Assembly: GCF_021869535.1 (NCBI RefSeq)
Contig: NW_026262734.1
Location: 30,194,001 to 30,258,000, forward strand
DNA length: 64,000 nucleotides
From: Mytilus californianus
Lineage: Eukaryota
Reading direction: 5' to 3'
Shown: piece after piece, positions 1 to 13,545 of the stretch
Layout of the letters: each line of letters starts with the position of its first letter
How positions within the stretch are numbered: the stretch's first letter is position 1
Notes under the pieces: model-generated
Told to the model about the DNA's origin: nothing
What the model saw: only the letters and a program-made list of their open reading frames with translations
The model's database searches: none
Made by a program: the position numbers and the translations under genes

Positions 1-452
1 GACTTTTATAGATCTTGTATTGTTTTCAATCTGCTGTATGTTTTGTTGTTTATCTTTTGTATTTTCAAAATAATAGATAAGATGAATATATCGATGATGT
101 TGGTAATTTCTTGGTTTTTGTAGATTTTTATTTGTTGATAATTGTTGACTGTGTCTGTCAAAATCGAATAATGGTTAAGATATTGTACAAAAACATTAAA
201 TTTAGTGAAAACATTCGTCATTTAAGGGCATCTGTCAGATGTACTCGATCTATTGTTGGTTTTTAATACATAAACACCTTGCTTTCCTTTTACTACTATG
301 TTATGTTTAAAGCAAAAGAGGCCATATTAGTTGTTTGGTCGTCGGAGTTGAAAATACTCAATGTAAACAAGATATACTAACGGTTAATCAGATTGAGTTC
401 AGAAGAAATTGCTCCAGAGGTTTCAGAATAGACGAATATTAAAGAATTTACT

Positions 453-478
453 ACGACGATGATGACGACGACGATGAT
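453..478. repeat. (GAC/GAT)n microsatellite inside a degenerate interspersed repeat (Helentron/HINE-like fragment, about 340-520)
   Basis: acgacgatgatgacgacgacgatgat followed by agacgcaaagcgattg; this layout resembles non-autonomous Helentron relatives. Confidence 0.4.
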
Positions 479-1339
479 AGACGCAAAGCGATTGATATAA
501 CCCATTTTGTTTGCCAAAATAAGTGAACAGCGCAACCCAGATGTTTCAACTTAATTCTTTGCATTTTAGTGTCTAGCAAATATATCAGTTGGTCGATAGT
601 AATTCTATCGGGACATACATTCACTAGCGCACCAACAGATAAGTACCTACCATTTTGTTGATATTATTTATAATTTGATACGTTTTTAGCTGATAATGTT
701 GTAATTTTTGTTGTTGAAAAAACTATTGTTGCAACTACGGGTAGGCATGGTTGATTTACATTTACCTGTATGCCTTTTGGTTAGGTGAAAAATAGAACTC
801 ACTATGTATGTACATTTATATATATTTTACTGAAGATACATTAACCTTTTAGCTATCCTCAGATTTTTTTTTATTTTTCAAGCTTGTATGTATGCATAAT
901 TTTTTTTTCATATAAAAACTCTAAGATTAGATCTGAGCATTGCAGTTCAGTCATTCTTACATGCAAATTAAAAACGACAAGTATGGTCTGTTTTTCAGAC
1001 AATTTTTTTTTCTTCAAATCTTTAAATAAAAAAAAAAAAATATAGTGGATCAGAATTTCATTTAAAGTTGATTGTTGCAACCATTTATGATATTCGACAT
1101 TGTTTTCGGCATGTGTTTCGTCAATTTGTTAGTACGATACTCAAAGGTAAAAGACAACTGAAATGGAAAAAAGGAAAAACCTAAACTTAATAATATTAAT
1201 AGAGATTTTTTCTCGTACAATTTTGTTTTAAATATATTGAATAACCTTTGATAAATTTGGCTATTATTGTGGTGCCTTTTGGTCATAAAGCTTGGTCTTT
1301 TTTGTGTTTTTGGTATTGTATATCCCTGGCTTTCAAATA

Positions 1340-1420
1340 TTTGGGTTTGAGAGTTCCTGTTGAAGGTAAATCCAGAAAAGGGCTTTGGATTGACTAACTT
1401 AATAACTTAATCAAGTGTTA
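1340..1420 (+). mobile_element. Degenerate hammerhead-containing repeat (CTGATGAAGG..CCAGAAA type)
   Basis: cctgttgaaggtaaatccagaaaagggctttgg; related relics at about 39840-39900, 40040-40085, 46785-46830 and 52625-52710. Confidence 0.45.
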
Positions 1421-1523
1421 TTTTCTTTTAATATAAATCAGTTAAATGTTTTTTTTCTTTTTTTAAACATTGAAGATCGTTTCATGAACAATACCTAAAA
1501 TTTAATATTCCATTTTTAAAGAA

Positions 1524-1895
1524 ATATCACTGAAGAGTCGGAATGTGCACCTGGTGCCAAAAAATGATTCCGTTCATGTTATTATTACCACTGGTTCGAT
1601 ACCTCTGTTGCTGGACTGTAAGTCGGCGCTGGTATCACCAGCAAAGTATTGGCATGAAAATACAGATATTGTTCTATTCAAATTTGCTGTTTTGAAATTT
1701 CCAAATCATTTGAATTAAGGAAGTTATCTTCTTCATGGATAACTCTGATTTTTGTCCGGGTTTAGCTTTTCTTTTGGTACCGTTTGATTTTCTCTGCTCT
1801 TCAACTTTTGTACTAGGTTTTGGACTTTTGTATACTTTGGCCTTGAAAATCAGTGAAGACACATTAATTGTCGAAATGTACATCTTCAGCAGTAA
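1524..1895 (+). mobile_element. Retrozyme-like monomer bounded by two degenerate type I hammerhead motifs
   Basis: CTGAAGA at 1530 and GTGAAGA-CAC..GTC-GAAA-TGTACATC at 1853-1884; about 333 nt between the putative cleavage sites; related relics on - at about 27745-27830 and 51340-51480. Confidence 0.55.
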
Positions 1896-2180
1896 CGTTG
1901 GTAGTGCTAAAGTTTTTGCGTTATTACAAAACTATAAATAACAAACACTGAATCTTTTGTTTGGCTATTAAATTTTAATTACAACATTAACATTGTAAAT
2001 ATCATCCACAACTATATACATAACACTATCAATTTGCAAATGTGTTTGTAAAGTAAAGGTTTAATGGTGTATTTAACTAAAGTGACGTAAAGCAGCTGGC
2101 TGTTCCAAAGTTAGATGAACTGTAGATTAGTCCAGTGAGTCAAATTTCACAAGTCTGTACCATTCATCAACGAGGCTATA

Positions 2181-2305
2181 TAAATAAGAAGATGTGGTAT
2201 GAGTGCCAATGATTCAACTCTTCATTCAAATCACAATGTATAAAAAGTTAACAATTATAGGTCAAAGTACTTCAACATGGAGCCTTGGCTCACACCGAAC
2301 AGCAC
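2181..2305 (+). repeat. Interspersed repeat family A (aagaagatgtggtatga..gccaatgagacaactctcca), 5' part
   Basis: Same sequence recurs at about 13168, 15907, 31962 and 59905 (+) and about 35935-36000, 50222-50425, 58985-59135 (-). Confidence 0.85.
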
Positions 2306-2924
2306 TACTATGAGGAATGGAAGGAACAGGAATTGAAATATATGAAAATTAATTAACATCAGAAGCAAACAAAGCTGAAGAGGTACAGGGTTGGGTAGGT
2401 AGGCTTAAACTTGTTCAAATATTTATCCGTTTGGTTTTCAAGATAAAAGTGGATAAAAGAGGCATACCGTTTGGGTCAACCAATTTCTGATAGCGATCGT
2501 ACAACTTTTGTGATATCGAATGCAGTCAATGATACAACAGCACTCCTACAATGTTTGTCAAAAGGACATTTGACTCAATATAAACCAGGCCGTTTTCTCG
2601 AATAAAATCATTCAAGGACAAGTCATTTCCTACAGCTATGTTGAAAATTAGCTAGACAATTTATTGCGATTACCTTATTACGAGAATGAGAGTTTTTTGT
2701 TACGTTGATTCATAATATGATATATAGATATGAAAGAATCTGAATAAATAAATCGTTGCACACTTTTTTTTTAAACAGTGTTAATGATTATAAAACCATT
2801 TATCATTTTCAAAATAAGGACAAACACGTGTTACTTGAATAACTTTCATTATTAGTCATAACGCTAAGAAATTCAATGTCGCGATCATTCATTATTTTAA
2901 AAATTGTTTTAAGCAATCACTTAC

Positions 2925-3015
2925 ATTGTCATAAAAGCGGGAGGTTTGGCTAGCCATAAAACCAGGTTCAATCTACCATTTTTTCCTTAAATGTCCTGTA
3001 CCAAGTCAGGAATAC
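2925..3015 (+). repeat. Interspersed repeat family B (ctataaaaccaggttcaatccaccattttct..cctgtaccaagtcaggaata)
   Basis: Recurs at about 4180-4415, 5650-5885 and 42518-42745 (+) and 6735-6915 (-). Confidence 0.85.
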
Positions 3016-3418
3016 GAACTGAAATAAAATTAGGACTCCTTCGTCATGTTTATAGAAACTAAAGTGGTTGGATAAAATCTAACATTTTGCTGTGCATTTC
3101 CTTGTTACCAGTTGGATGCATTAGCATTAACCATAAAATACGCTCCCATCAACTGGTTGTAATCCTGGGGTATTGATGAACAATTGTTTAAATTTAGATC
3201 ACAAAAATTCTAAAAGCGTTATTAAGCTTTAATAAGACTCTAATTGATCTTTTGCTATAAAACGTAATGATCTGAGCATTGCTTATAAAAGAAATTCAAG
3301 TATTAAATCAATATCAACATGTTTTATTTTGGTTTGTTTTTTTTTCAATATCTTTATTGTTGTCAGCATAACGCAAAGAAACTCATTGTCACAATCATTT
3401 CAAAATTGTTTTAAGATA

Positions 3419-3880
3419 GTTGATAGAGGGTTGCTGCTCACAAGGAAGCTTTTAAACCAAGAGTTCCAAATGGTGAAGTTGAAATCATTCCTTCGTAAAT
3501 TTTACGGACGCCATCACGAGTTGGTTGACCGTTATGGAATATCCGTTTCACAGATGATAGCGGATATGTTCCTAATGTCGTAACTACAATCCCGTTACCT
3601 TTACACGAATGTGACCTACCGAATTAGACTATTTACCGGGTTTGTGCTAACATGAGCAACACGACAGGTGCCACATGTGGAGCAGGATCTGCTTACCCTT
3701 CCGGAGCACCTGAGATCACTCCAAGGTTTTGGTGGGGTTCGTGTTGCTTAGTCTTTAGTTTTCTATGCTGTGTTTTGTGCACTATTGGTTGTCTGTTTGT
3801 CTTTTTCTTTCTTAGCCATGGCGTTGTCAGTTTATTTTCGATTCATGAGTTTGTCTCTCTGGTATCTTTCGCCCCTCTTT
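3419..3880 (+). mobile_element. 3' end of a Penelope-like RT element (end of ORF plus 3' UTR), 5'-truncated
   Basis: DRGLLLTRKLLNQEFQMVKLKSFLRKFYGRHHELVDRYGISVSQM followed by a UTR shared with 34425-34797 and 41430-41727. Confidence 0.75.
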
Positions 3881-4445
3881 TACTGGATTAAGCAAAATTG
3901 TGTCCGCAGTGAAGGATGGATTACAGTGATTCTGTTAACTCGCGTAGTGGCCTTAACCATATGTAGATTCTTAAATACTCAAAGAACTTCAGAAAAAAAT
4001 TGAAAATCTATCTAAAAGAAATAACGCACAATGCTTTCCTCCATAATACGGATACCGTACGCTACAGATTTATGTTTTTGAGGTATAATTCAGCAAATGA
4101 GCCAGAAAATAAAATAATGTAAACTGCTGTACCCCAATTTTTGACATTTTTACCTATTATGTCTGTTTGTTTTGCTCACACATTGTTGTCAATATAATGG
4201 AATTTTATGTGACTGTCATACAAGTGAGAGGTTTAGATAGCTATAAAACCAGGTTTACTCCACCATTTTCTACATAAGGGAATGCCTGTACCAAGTCAGG
4301 AATATAACAGTTGTTTTCAATTCGTTTGATGTGTTTTAACTTTTGATTTTGACATTTGTTAAGGGGCTTTCCGTTTTGAATTTTCATTGGTGTTCGGTAT
4401 TTCTGTTATTTTACTTTCTACACCGAAGAAAAAGTTATAAGTAGG

Positions 4446-5160
4446 CTGGAGGTTCTCATTGACAACATTTTTTTAATTTGGAGGTAGGATTTTCCAAAGG
4501 ATATTCTCATTGACAACATATTTGTTGAATTTTGAGGTAGAATTTTCCAGCAGACATTCTTATGGGAACCAACTGTGCACCTCTCCTGTCCGATCTTTGT
4601 AATTTCATAAGAGTCTGAGTTCCTTCAGACACTTGAAACACAAGAAGACCAAAGAACCTAGATCATTTAATTTCACATACAGTTATATCGATGATGTTTT
4701 TTCCATTAGCACTCCAAACGTTTCTGACTCGGTCCCATTAATATATCCTCATGAACTAAAAATTAGCAAAACCATGGATACAGCTGCCATCGCATCATTT
4801 CTAGACATATACCTCGATTTTGACTATTGAGGTCATCTCAGTATTAGAATCTATGTCAAACGAGATGATTTTAATTTTGATATTATAAATTTTCCTATCC
4901 TTAGCAGCATTTTATTAACTTCACCAACGTATTGAATATACATTTCTCAACTCATATGATATTCAAGAGCTCTCAGTTGCTACTCAGATTTTGTTAAATG
5001 TTATCGGTGTCTTAGAAGAAAAATAATGAGACAGGGTTTTTACATAGAACGTCTCGTCCTTGATTTCAAAAAGTTCATCGGAAAGTATCGAGACCTAATA
5101 GATAGATAGTCAGTATCTACTTCGCATATAATACAAGAAGGTTTTGAGTTATAGATTCCT
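4446..5160 (+). mobile_element. Decayed Penelope-like reverse transcriptase fragment
   Basis: Frameshifted motifs IxMGTNCAPLLSDL, YIDDV (about 4684-4698), IYPHEL and YVKRDDFNFDIINFP. Confidence 0.8.
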
Positions 5161-6980
5161 GGTGCTGAAGTTGTGTATCGTTTTCTTTATTTTACAGTTT
5201 TCCCTTTAAATGTCTTTCAACTAGTATGTTGCTTTTGATGGTATGACTCTTGACGTGGCTCGGTATTTGAACATCCAGCTTTCGGGGTTTTTTTTTGCTA
5301 CGGGATTTCCTGGTCCAAGTGTGTTATGATATTCGAATCGGATCCGGACGCATGGGGTTTTTATAGTGTTGTGTACATCTTGTTTACCCGTGTAATTATA
5401 TTTTATTTAATTTGTACTTTACGGAAAAAGTGTATACTAGTATGGCATTATGTGTTAATAAACTGTAGGTACTATCAACTACAATAACTTTTTTGTAGGA
5501 CTCTTTGTCAGATTTATCAGTATGTTTGCTTCAATTTTTGAGTCAGTTGTGTTGTATGTCTGTGTTGCATGTTTAAACAGTTTTGGCTTCTGGATCCCAA
5601 TTATAGTCATATTAACCAATTATGTATGTTAGTTTTGCTTACCCAATTTTGTCAATATAACAGAACTATAAACAACTGTCGTAGAAGTGGGAAGATTAGC
5701 TAGCTATAATACCAGGTTTAACCCACTATTTTCTTAGGAAAATTTCTGTATCGAGTCAGGAATTTGATAGTTGTTTCCATCGTTCCGTTGTTTGATATAA
5801 TAAAACGATTAATTTGTAAGGATTTATGGACTTCCTCCGTTTGGAATTTACCTTGGAGCTCGGTATGTTTTGCTAATACCTTTTTACATCTACTAATATT
5901 TAGTTTTTCATTCTTTACGTTTAGTTTTTAAAATGAACTTCAAAAGTGATAGCGAATTGAAATCAAATAAGGACATGTTGCGTTAAAAGTACTGACCCAA
6001 ACATGTGGCTGTCTAAACTTCCTTATGTCAAATTTTGTTAGATGTTTTGATGAAAACATTCATACGAAGATTTATAAAAGGGCATTTGTATCATATCTTT
6101 ATATTTGTTTTTTGGTTATTTTTTTTGTTTTTTTTTTTATCTTTTTGAGTTATTGATAGATCTTACGTAGTCTTGTTAAATCTACAGGCTAGTTTTCTAG
6201 GCTGTGAAAGATAAAGGGCTTGACATATTTCATAGACACCTGTCTATTGCTGAAGACCTTTAATGACCAGTAGATGTCTCTTGTTTTTGTTTTGATTGTT
6301 TGCTGTCTTATTGATGTATAGATTACATTTTCCCGTATTCATATTTGACCAATATAATTCTATCAGCCTTGTCATCGCAGAAGGACAGTAGAAGGCATAA
6401 GGCAAATTATTACTTACAGTATGTTCGTAAATAGACTAGACAGACAAGTTATTGTGTTTCTTTAATGAATTTATTAAGATGACGCGATTCCTTTGTAATG
6501 AGACGCTATTAAAATCAACATTGACATTCAGGAACTTGTCAACTGATAAACTATCAATGGAATGAGTAGTGTTGCTAAATTTAATTAATACTAATTGACA
6601 TTTTTTCATTCGGAAAGAGGAAATCCGAAATCTTTAAATTTTTATGTTTTCTGTATCAAAACATCACATGATTTATACCAAAAAGTAAAGTAACACAAAT
6701 ACCGAACTCTAATGAAAATTAAAAGAAAGTCCCTTATCAAATGTCAAAATCAAAAGCTAGAACATATCAAACGAATGGTAAATAACTGTCATATTCCTGA
6801 CTTGACACAGGCATTTCCTTGTGTAGAAAATTGTGGATTCAACCTGGCATTATAGCTAAACCACTCACCTGTATGGCAGTCGCATAGAATTCCATTATAC
6901 TGACAACAACGTGGAAAAAAACATTTAGATTTCGTTAAACATTACATTTACATGTTCTCGAAAAAAGTGAAAATAGTGTA

Positions 6981-7185
6981 CTGTAAATTCAGAAATTATT
7001 GCGAGGTTTTTATTATTGCAAATAATGCGAATGGGTGATAATCACAAATAAGAACTCGCATTCTGTATTTGATTCTTATGAGGGTAGGCAGATTTTCCTG
7101 AAATCGCAATAATAAATCTCGCATTTTTTGTCCTTTCTATAAAAATTGCAATAATAAATGCACACAATAATTTCTGAATTAACAG
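6981..7185. mobile_element. 205-bp MITE, Tc1/mariner (pogo-like) type
   Basis: TIR CTGTAAATTCAGAAATTATTG..CAATAATTTCTGAATTAACAG flanked by TA at 6979-6980 and 7186-7187. Confidence 0.8.
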
Positions 7186-9099
7186 TAGTTCAAATTATTT
7201 ATTATACATAAATGATCAATTTGAAGTTAATAACTGAGTAAATTCTGGTTATACTGTGAAACCAAATTTCATAAAGAATAAAATTTAAATAAAATTGTCA
7301 TTAATTTCATGTTTTTTAAAAAACAGAGACAGTTTAAAACAGAAACTAACGGCCTGATTGATACTACAAAAAAATAAAATATAAACGAAATGACCACTAA
7401 TGGATTAGAGGCTCTTGGTTTAGGAGAAGCACATACATAAAGTAGTAAGGTTAAAAATGTTTGAGACACTCAACGCCCAGCCCTCCAATAACGTAGAAAG
7501 GTGGATTTAGAACATATTATAAGAACAAACTGTAGAAATCAGTTGGGAAGAGCTTAATCCATCAGGTTGATCAGATCGGTACTAAGCACAAAATATAACA
7601 AAAATACAAAAGATACAAAGTACCGATCTAAGAGCACAAGAGGTAAGTGAAAGCTAGTTAAAATCCAATTACAACTAAAAGAGCAACGGATGTGGCGTTA
7701 AGACGTCAAAGGGCAAACTGAGAAAATCATGACAATGGACAATGCTAAAATATAGGCTCATATTGGCTTCATTTGGACCAACATTTTTCAAATAGAACAC
7801 AAAATGGTGGTTTTAATTAATTGGAAAAGTTATATCTAAAAATCAATCCTGATAGTTTTAAATTGATATTTATTTCCCATATGATAATTCAAATGAACAA
7901 CTTCATAAGAAAAACGAAAACATTCCATGCATTTAATGAGTGATCTTTTTAGACATGTTAAAATCCTTGTGAAGGAGCACCATATAAATGTCAATACGAC
8001 AAGGTTAAAAGGAAGTCACACATAATAGTACTTTTAATATGATTTTCATAGAATGACGCTTAAATGTTTTTTTATTTAAGGGAGTAGAATAAAACAGTTT
8101 ATAAGATTCAAAACTGATTTTGGTTTCTTAAATAATTGAGTCATGCATGTTTATTACTGAACTGCTATTTTCAAAATCAATGTTAGTTTTAAGTAAGATT
8201 AGAAAATGTGTTTCTTGAATTGTCAGCACATATTAGAAACTATTGACCACCTGTAAATGTATTCTCTTATTGCATTATAGCTATACCGTTTCACAAACGG
8301 TATGATGATCATACATTCATTTATCAACTTTACTCTATGCAGTACAAAAAATAAGCACAGAAATATATCTCTTTTACCAACAATATGATCACAAAAAGAT
8401 GATATGTCTAGATCTGGCATTATGATCGCATGTATTTTGTTCCATTGTTCTGTCCAATAAAATGAATTTGAATGCATCGTTTGAAAACATCTAATCGTAA
8501 ATTCAATTTTAGTCGTTCATTTTTATTTTAAGGCTTTTAATCGTTTCCACAAGAGTTGAGGCTCTATCCATAGGACAAAGCCAACGTGTCCATGAAGTTT
8601 GCGTTAACTTATTATTCTCTTCTCATCAGATTTATAACAATTCCAATAAACAATCGTTTGCCATATATAGTATTGAATTTTGATATACTGGTCTGATATG
8701 AATATTGAAGAATTTACTTAACAAAGTAATCATGCTAAATGATCATATATAAAAAGAAATGCAATAACAAAAATACCGAGCAAGGTAAATTCAGAAAGAT
8801 GAATTTTATATAAACTAACTAAAACCTCGACTATATCAACCAACCCACGACTTTATTTACGAGATTTTGATATCGGTAAACACTTTAATTGCTAAAGGTA
8901 ATTTCCCAATAAAATGGTGGTTTTAACCTGGTTATACAGCTATGATTTCAACCGAAACATTTAAAATCCGTCGTTCAATAGTATCAATGTAACACGAACA
9001 CGCAGTCAATGAACCACAAATTCTGGAATGTCGCATCAAATGCCAAATATATAATTTTTATGCACGTGCGCCTGGAATGTTCTTACATAGATAAGGAAA

Positions 9100-9290
9100 T
9101 TTCACGACAAGAAATTTTCAGTCATCTGGTTTATCATCTAGTGCATTTCTTCACCAACCCTAACTGTTAATTCCGTGGTGTATGTCAAGCAATGAATTAT
9201 ATGTGTATCCTTTATACCAAATGCAATGGGATAGATATGATCAACACATTCATGAAATGTTTTAATGAATAAATTGTTGTTCGTACACAT
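9100..9290 (-). mobile_element. Strongly decayed Penelope-like RT fragment
   Basis: Minus-strand translation NNNLF..F..CVDHIYPIAFGIKDT matches the IYPxELxIKDT region of the copies at 4446 and 41000. Confidence 0.55.
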
Positions 9291-11529
9291 TCTGTAGATA
9301 TTTGTTTATCCTTGATTCACAGTCTTTTCTTGTAAATTTGAAGAAAAAAAAAGAATTATATAGAATCATAGTGATTCAAAGAAAACAAAACTCGATATAT
9401 AGTGCGTCCATTCTACTTTTCTTAAATTATCTTCATCCTGAAGTCAAAATGTTATAGGCAATAATGTAATAATACGTAAGGTGCTGCATGACGAAAAGGG
9501 ATCCAAAGGAACGGCCAAATGTATCTAAGGTCAATTGTACCATACGGAAGAGGAACTTAAGTTTCTAAATCAAATCTCAACTTACCAATGTATCAATTGA
9601 AAGTTAAGGAAAGTGTGTGATAGATCATGTCACTTTCGAAGCACTAACTACTGAATCTTGATAAGAAATAATAATTTGATAAAATAATTCAACATTTATA
9701 GCACATTAAATAATTTCTCCTGTTATTTGAACATTAACACGAAGGTTTACAACAACCCATCACTGCCACCAAAAGTCAATACAAAATTCTCAATGGTATC
9801 AATGTTAATATAGTTTCGCCCTTTTTGTATTTAAACTTTGTTTATTCTCAAACAAACTACATTGCTTAACTGAGATATCAGGTCAGTCATATATATTATG
9901 TTGTAATTATAGAATTTATAACATATCTGTCTCCAATAAAGCATTTGACAATTTCTACAAAAAAATATCTAATATCAATTAGATACGGCGTGTTTAAGTG
10001 TTCCACGCTAAATGTAAGACCCTTCAGATATGTGTCTGTCATACTTTGTTTTGTAATACTCATATTTGTCAGGCATCTTTGGTTGTTCTAATAATAATTA
10101 TGTATTCATCATGTCTCTATTTTTAAGTTTTTATTATTGAGGTACTAATCATATCGGAAGATCATTGAGCAGAAATTAAATGTTCAATTTTCAAGAATGA
10201 CGTAAAACCAAGTATAAACTTCCTTAGTTGAATATCTTCCCTCGAAAATCATTTGATATAACTATTAAACATTTTGAAGTTACGTGTTCAGCATCTTTCA
10301 GACTTCACGAATTTTACAAAGGAACCTCGCATCAAGGTTTAACCACAACATTTTACAGAACTGCTTTAGCGAATCAGAGAGTTAGAGTGTGAGTTTTGCA
10401 ATGCCTGTAAGTTCGGGCAAACATGTAGACACATCAGGAAAAAACGAGATGTCACATCCAAATGATTATGGAATTGTTAATAATAAAACTCGTTATCTGA
10501 GCTATTTTAGATATACAATGTATGGAAAAAACTTATTCAGAAAGGTTAAATCTATATAACACAGGCTTTATCAGTACCTTTTTTTTATTTAACCATCAAT
10601 GGATTGATACAGTATAAGGAATATTGTATCATCCCGTATTTTACAATTCTGCATTTCAATCTTGTAAATACATAAAAGTTGGTGTTGTCTGATGTCACAC
10701 CTTTTACACGTCATATATTCATTACTAAAACAAGGTTTTACCATAAAGAAACAGATGTCATAAATTGCAGAGAATTTTTTACCAATTAAATATACAATAA
10801 CACATATATAAACATGTATTTTGAAAGTGTGATTCAACTTGCCAAAATTTTATACACAACTGCTTGTCCCCTAGGTATCAATGGTAATATTATTTTTAAA
10901 GTAAAGATTGTCGGAATTCTTGAAATCCTTTTTGATATAGGCAAGTGACATTCACCTTTCCTCTATTGTATGATATGACTTATCAACGCATTCAAAAGTC
11001 GACAACACGGTGGTTGTGATACGTGAATCAGGAGCTGCTGTACTGCTTTTTCTCTGAGTCAATTATCACCTCATACCAAGTAAAGTCAGATTTGTATATC
11101 CGAAAAGAAAAATGTGTTCCGTTCAGTGTTAACTTTTTACCTTTCAGAATACCTAATTCATCACTGGTTTTAGTGGGGTTCGTGTTGTTATAGTTTAGTT
11201 TTCTGTGTATTGTATATTTTACAGAAAGTTTTTATTTCGTCGTTTCGTGTTTCGTTTTTGTGCTTAGGTGTTTAGTAAAGTAAAAGGTTCTTTGGAGCGA
11301 AGAATTTTGAAGAAGAATGCAAAACTGGTCAGAGCCGACAACAGTACAAAAAAAGACAAAGGACAGCTATATCGAATCAATGTTTAAGGTTACCCTCTCC
11401 ATCATCTTCGCTAGCCAAGGATTACGACCCAGTTCCCTTTTCTCCACCATTGGTAGATTAAGCCAACATTTGTGATTTCAATGCTGCGCCATCTATCGGT
11501 AGATAAAAGTCACACACATTCTGACTAAA

Positions 11530-12950
11530 CCAGTCTTGACCAATTGCAGCACTTGAACTCTTTTCAGTGTAAAGGTGTAAACATGTTTCTGTCTAGTGTT
11601 TACAAATTTCGTGAAGCACAAACGGAAAATATGCGTTGACATTCTAGCATTTGCACGAGAAACATACCCAGGAACTTCAATTAGTTGATTAAGAATTTTA
11701 AAATTGTCACTTAATATAGTCTTATGTTTTTGGGGTAAAGACATGTTTCACAATCAGCACGTGGCAATTGTTTATTTACATTTTATACATTTACACGTGA
11801 TTATCTTGAAGACACTTTTTTATTGGATGCAGCAAGTTACAACTGTGACCAATGGATATCATTACCACGTGAATCCGAAATTCTATCTTAATCCGCCCAG
11901 GGTTGAGAGGAGGGGACTGAATCGTAATCCTTGACTAGGGGAGATGCCTCTCTATCAAATCTAAGGAACTTGCGTTTGGATGATTGTTATGGTGAATTTG
12001 GCTTCAGAGTATCTGACTCTCTTTTCAATAAGCAGACCAGGACAAGGTGGAGTAATGGAGAAAAATGAAACAACCGTGGAGGTATTAGATTATCTTCGGT
12101 CATTCAGTGCAGGAAATTAGGAAGTACCTCCGGTAATGCTTTTCCACAGCTAGAACTACTTATGAATAACATAAACGATCGTAGTTATCATGAAATCCCG
12201 TCTAAAAGAAAACAATTATGCAACTAAAATTCTGCATATTTGTCAGAGCTTGTTTGTGATTGATATCATGAAGATACCAGCATTTTTACCATTCACAATA
12301 TAAAGTGGAAACGTACGCATGAACCCGCAGAGAGACTGTTTAGTCTTTTACATTATTCCCTGCATAAAACATTAAAAATATGACGGTAAATCAAACTAGC
12401 AAGTTTTTTTCAGATACGCAAACGTTGTTGGCTGGTTTTCTCTGAAATGCATGGATCAATTGTGATTGGTCAGAATGGAAGTGATTCTTTTGATTTTACG
12501 GATTTCAGCTGTGTTCACGGAGATAGTATTAGAAACCGTCATTGGATTACCAATAGAACATTAAGGAGTAGTCACTTTCGTTTCCATAAGATGAAAGAGA
12601 GCCTAGTTGCTGACCTTAGAATAGCTCAGGTGGCTGCCTATTATCCATGTGATACATATTCAACTAATTGCCAACCATTCATGGACGCAGATGAAGAGTC
12701 CGAGCATGACTGAAATTAAGAGCAACTTGCAACATGAAAGAAAGTCACTGTGTAGACAGAAAATTCTAAGTATCTCATTGTGAATTGCTAATTGTAGTAC
12801 GAATCTCATTTGGAGATGATCCAGCTCAAGGGGAAGACCTTTTGTCATGTAGTTTTTAGAATGACAGTTACAGAAGGCTTACGGGAACGTCAGTTGATAG
12901 TACCTCCGAACGGTGTCTTGCTAGTGCTATTTTGAACCTATATATGAAAT
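11530..12950 (+). pseudogene. Decayed nSTAND3-like P-loop NTPase gene
   Basis: In order across frames: NIPRN, WGKDMF, Walker A relic VIILK..IGCSK (about 11797-11836), Walker B LRLDDCYGEF (about 11967-11999), IVVIMKSRL, FRFHK; the frame 11928-12713 has only 5 stops in 262 codons. Confidence 0.55.
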
Positions 12951-13167
12951 GTAGCAACTGTTTAACGAAGACCATGGATTTCTATATACTGCAGTTTGTT
13001 TGCCATGAGATTGTGCAGCACACTTAACATTAAAAAAAAAACCAGGAGCACCAATAAAAAATCATTCAAGTTCTAATCTCTAGTAATATCACAAGAAAGA
13101 AACGTTTGATCTTAAGAGTCCTATTCTATCTGAGCTGCTTTTTCGAAGAAAATGAAATCTTATTATA

Positions 13168-13545
13168 TATAAAAATAAGAAGATGTGTTATGATTGCTAA
13201 TAAGACAACTCTCCACAAAAGACCAAATGATACAGAAATCAACAATTATAGGTCACCAAACGGCCTTCAACAATGAGAAAATCCCATACCGCATAGTCAG
13301 CTATAAATGGCCCCGTAAAAGACGAATGTAAAATGATTCAAACGAGAAAACTAACGGCCTGAATTATGTACAAAACAATGAACGTAAAACAAATATGATA
13401 TACAGCAGCAAACGACAACCACTAAATTACAGGCTCCTGACTTGGGACAGGCACATACAGAATGTGGCGGGGTTAAATAAGCGTGAAGGCGCCAACCCTC
13501 CTCTAACCTGGGACAGTTATGTAACAGTACAACATAAGAAGGTCA
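13168..13545 (+). repeat. Interspersed repeat family A, longer copy
   Basis: aagaagatgtgttatgattgctaataagacaactctccac..gctcctgacttgggacaggc..gtacaacataagaa. Confidence 0.85.

Noticed and set aside
9586-9652. Possible minus-strand first exon (TCAGT initiator, GTAAGT donor)
   Set aside because: The TATA-like motif is about 47 nt away, and the apparent next exon is a decayed RT fragment.
11486-11499. CTCF-like motif GCGCCATCTATCGG
   Set aside because: A single partial match with no supporting context.
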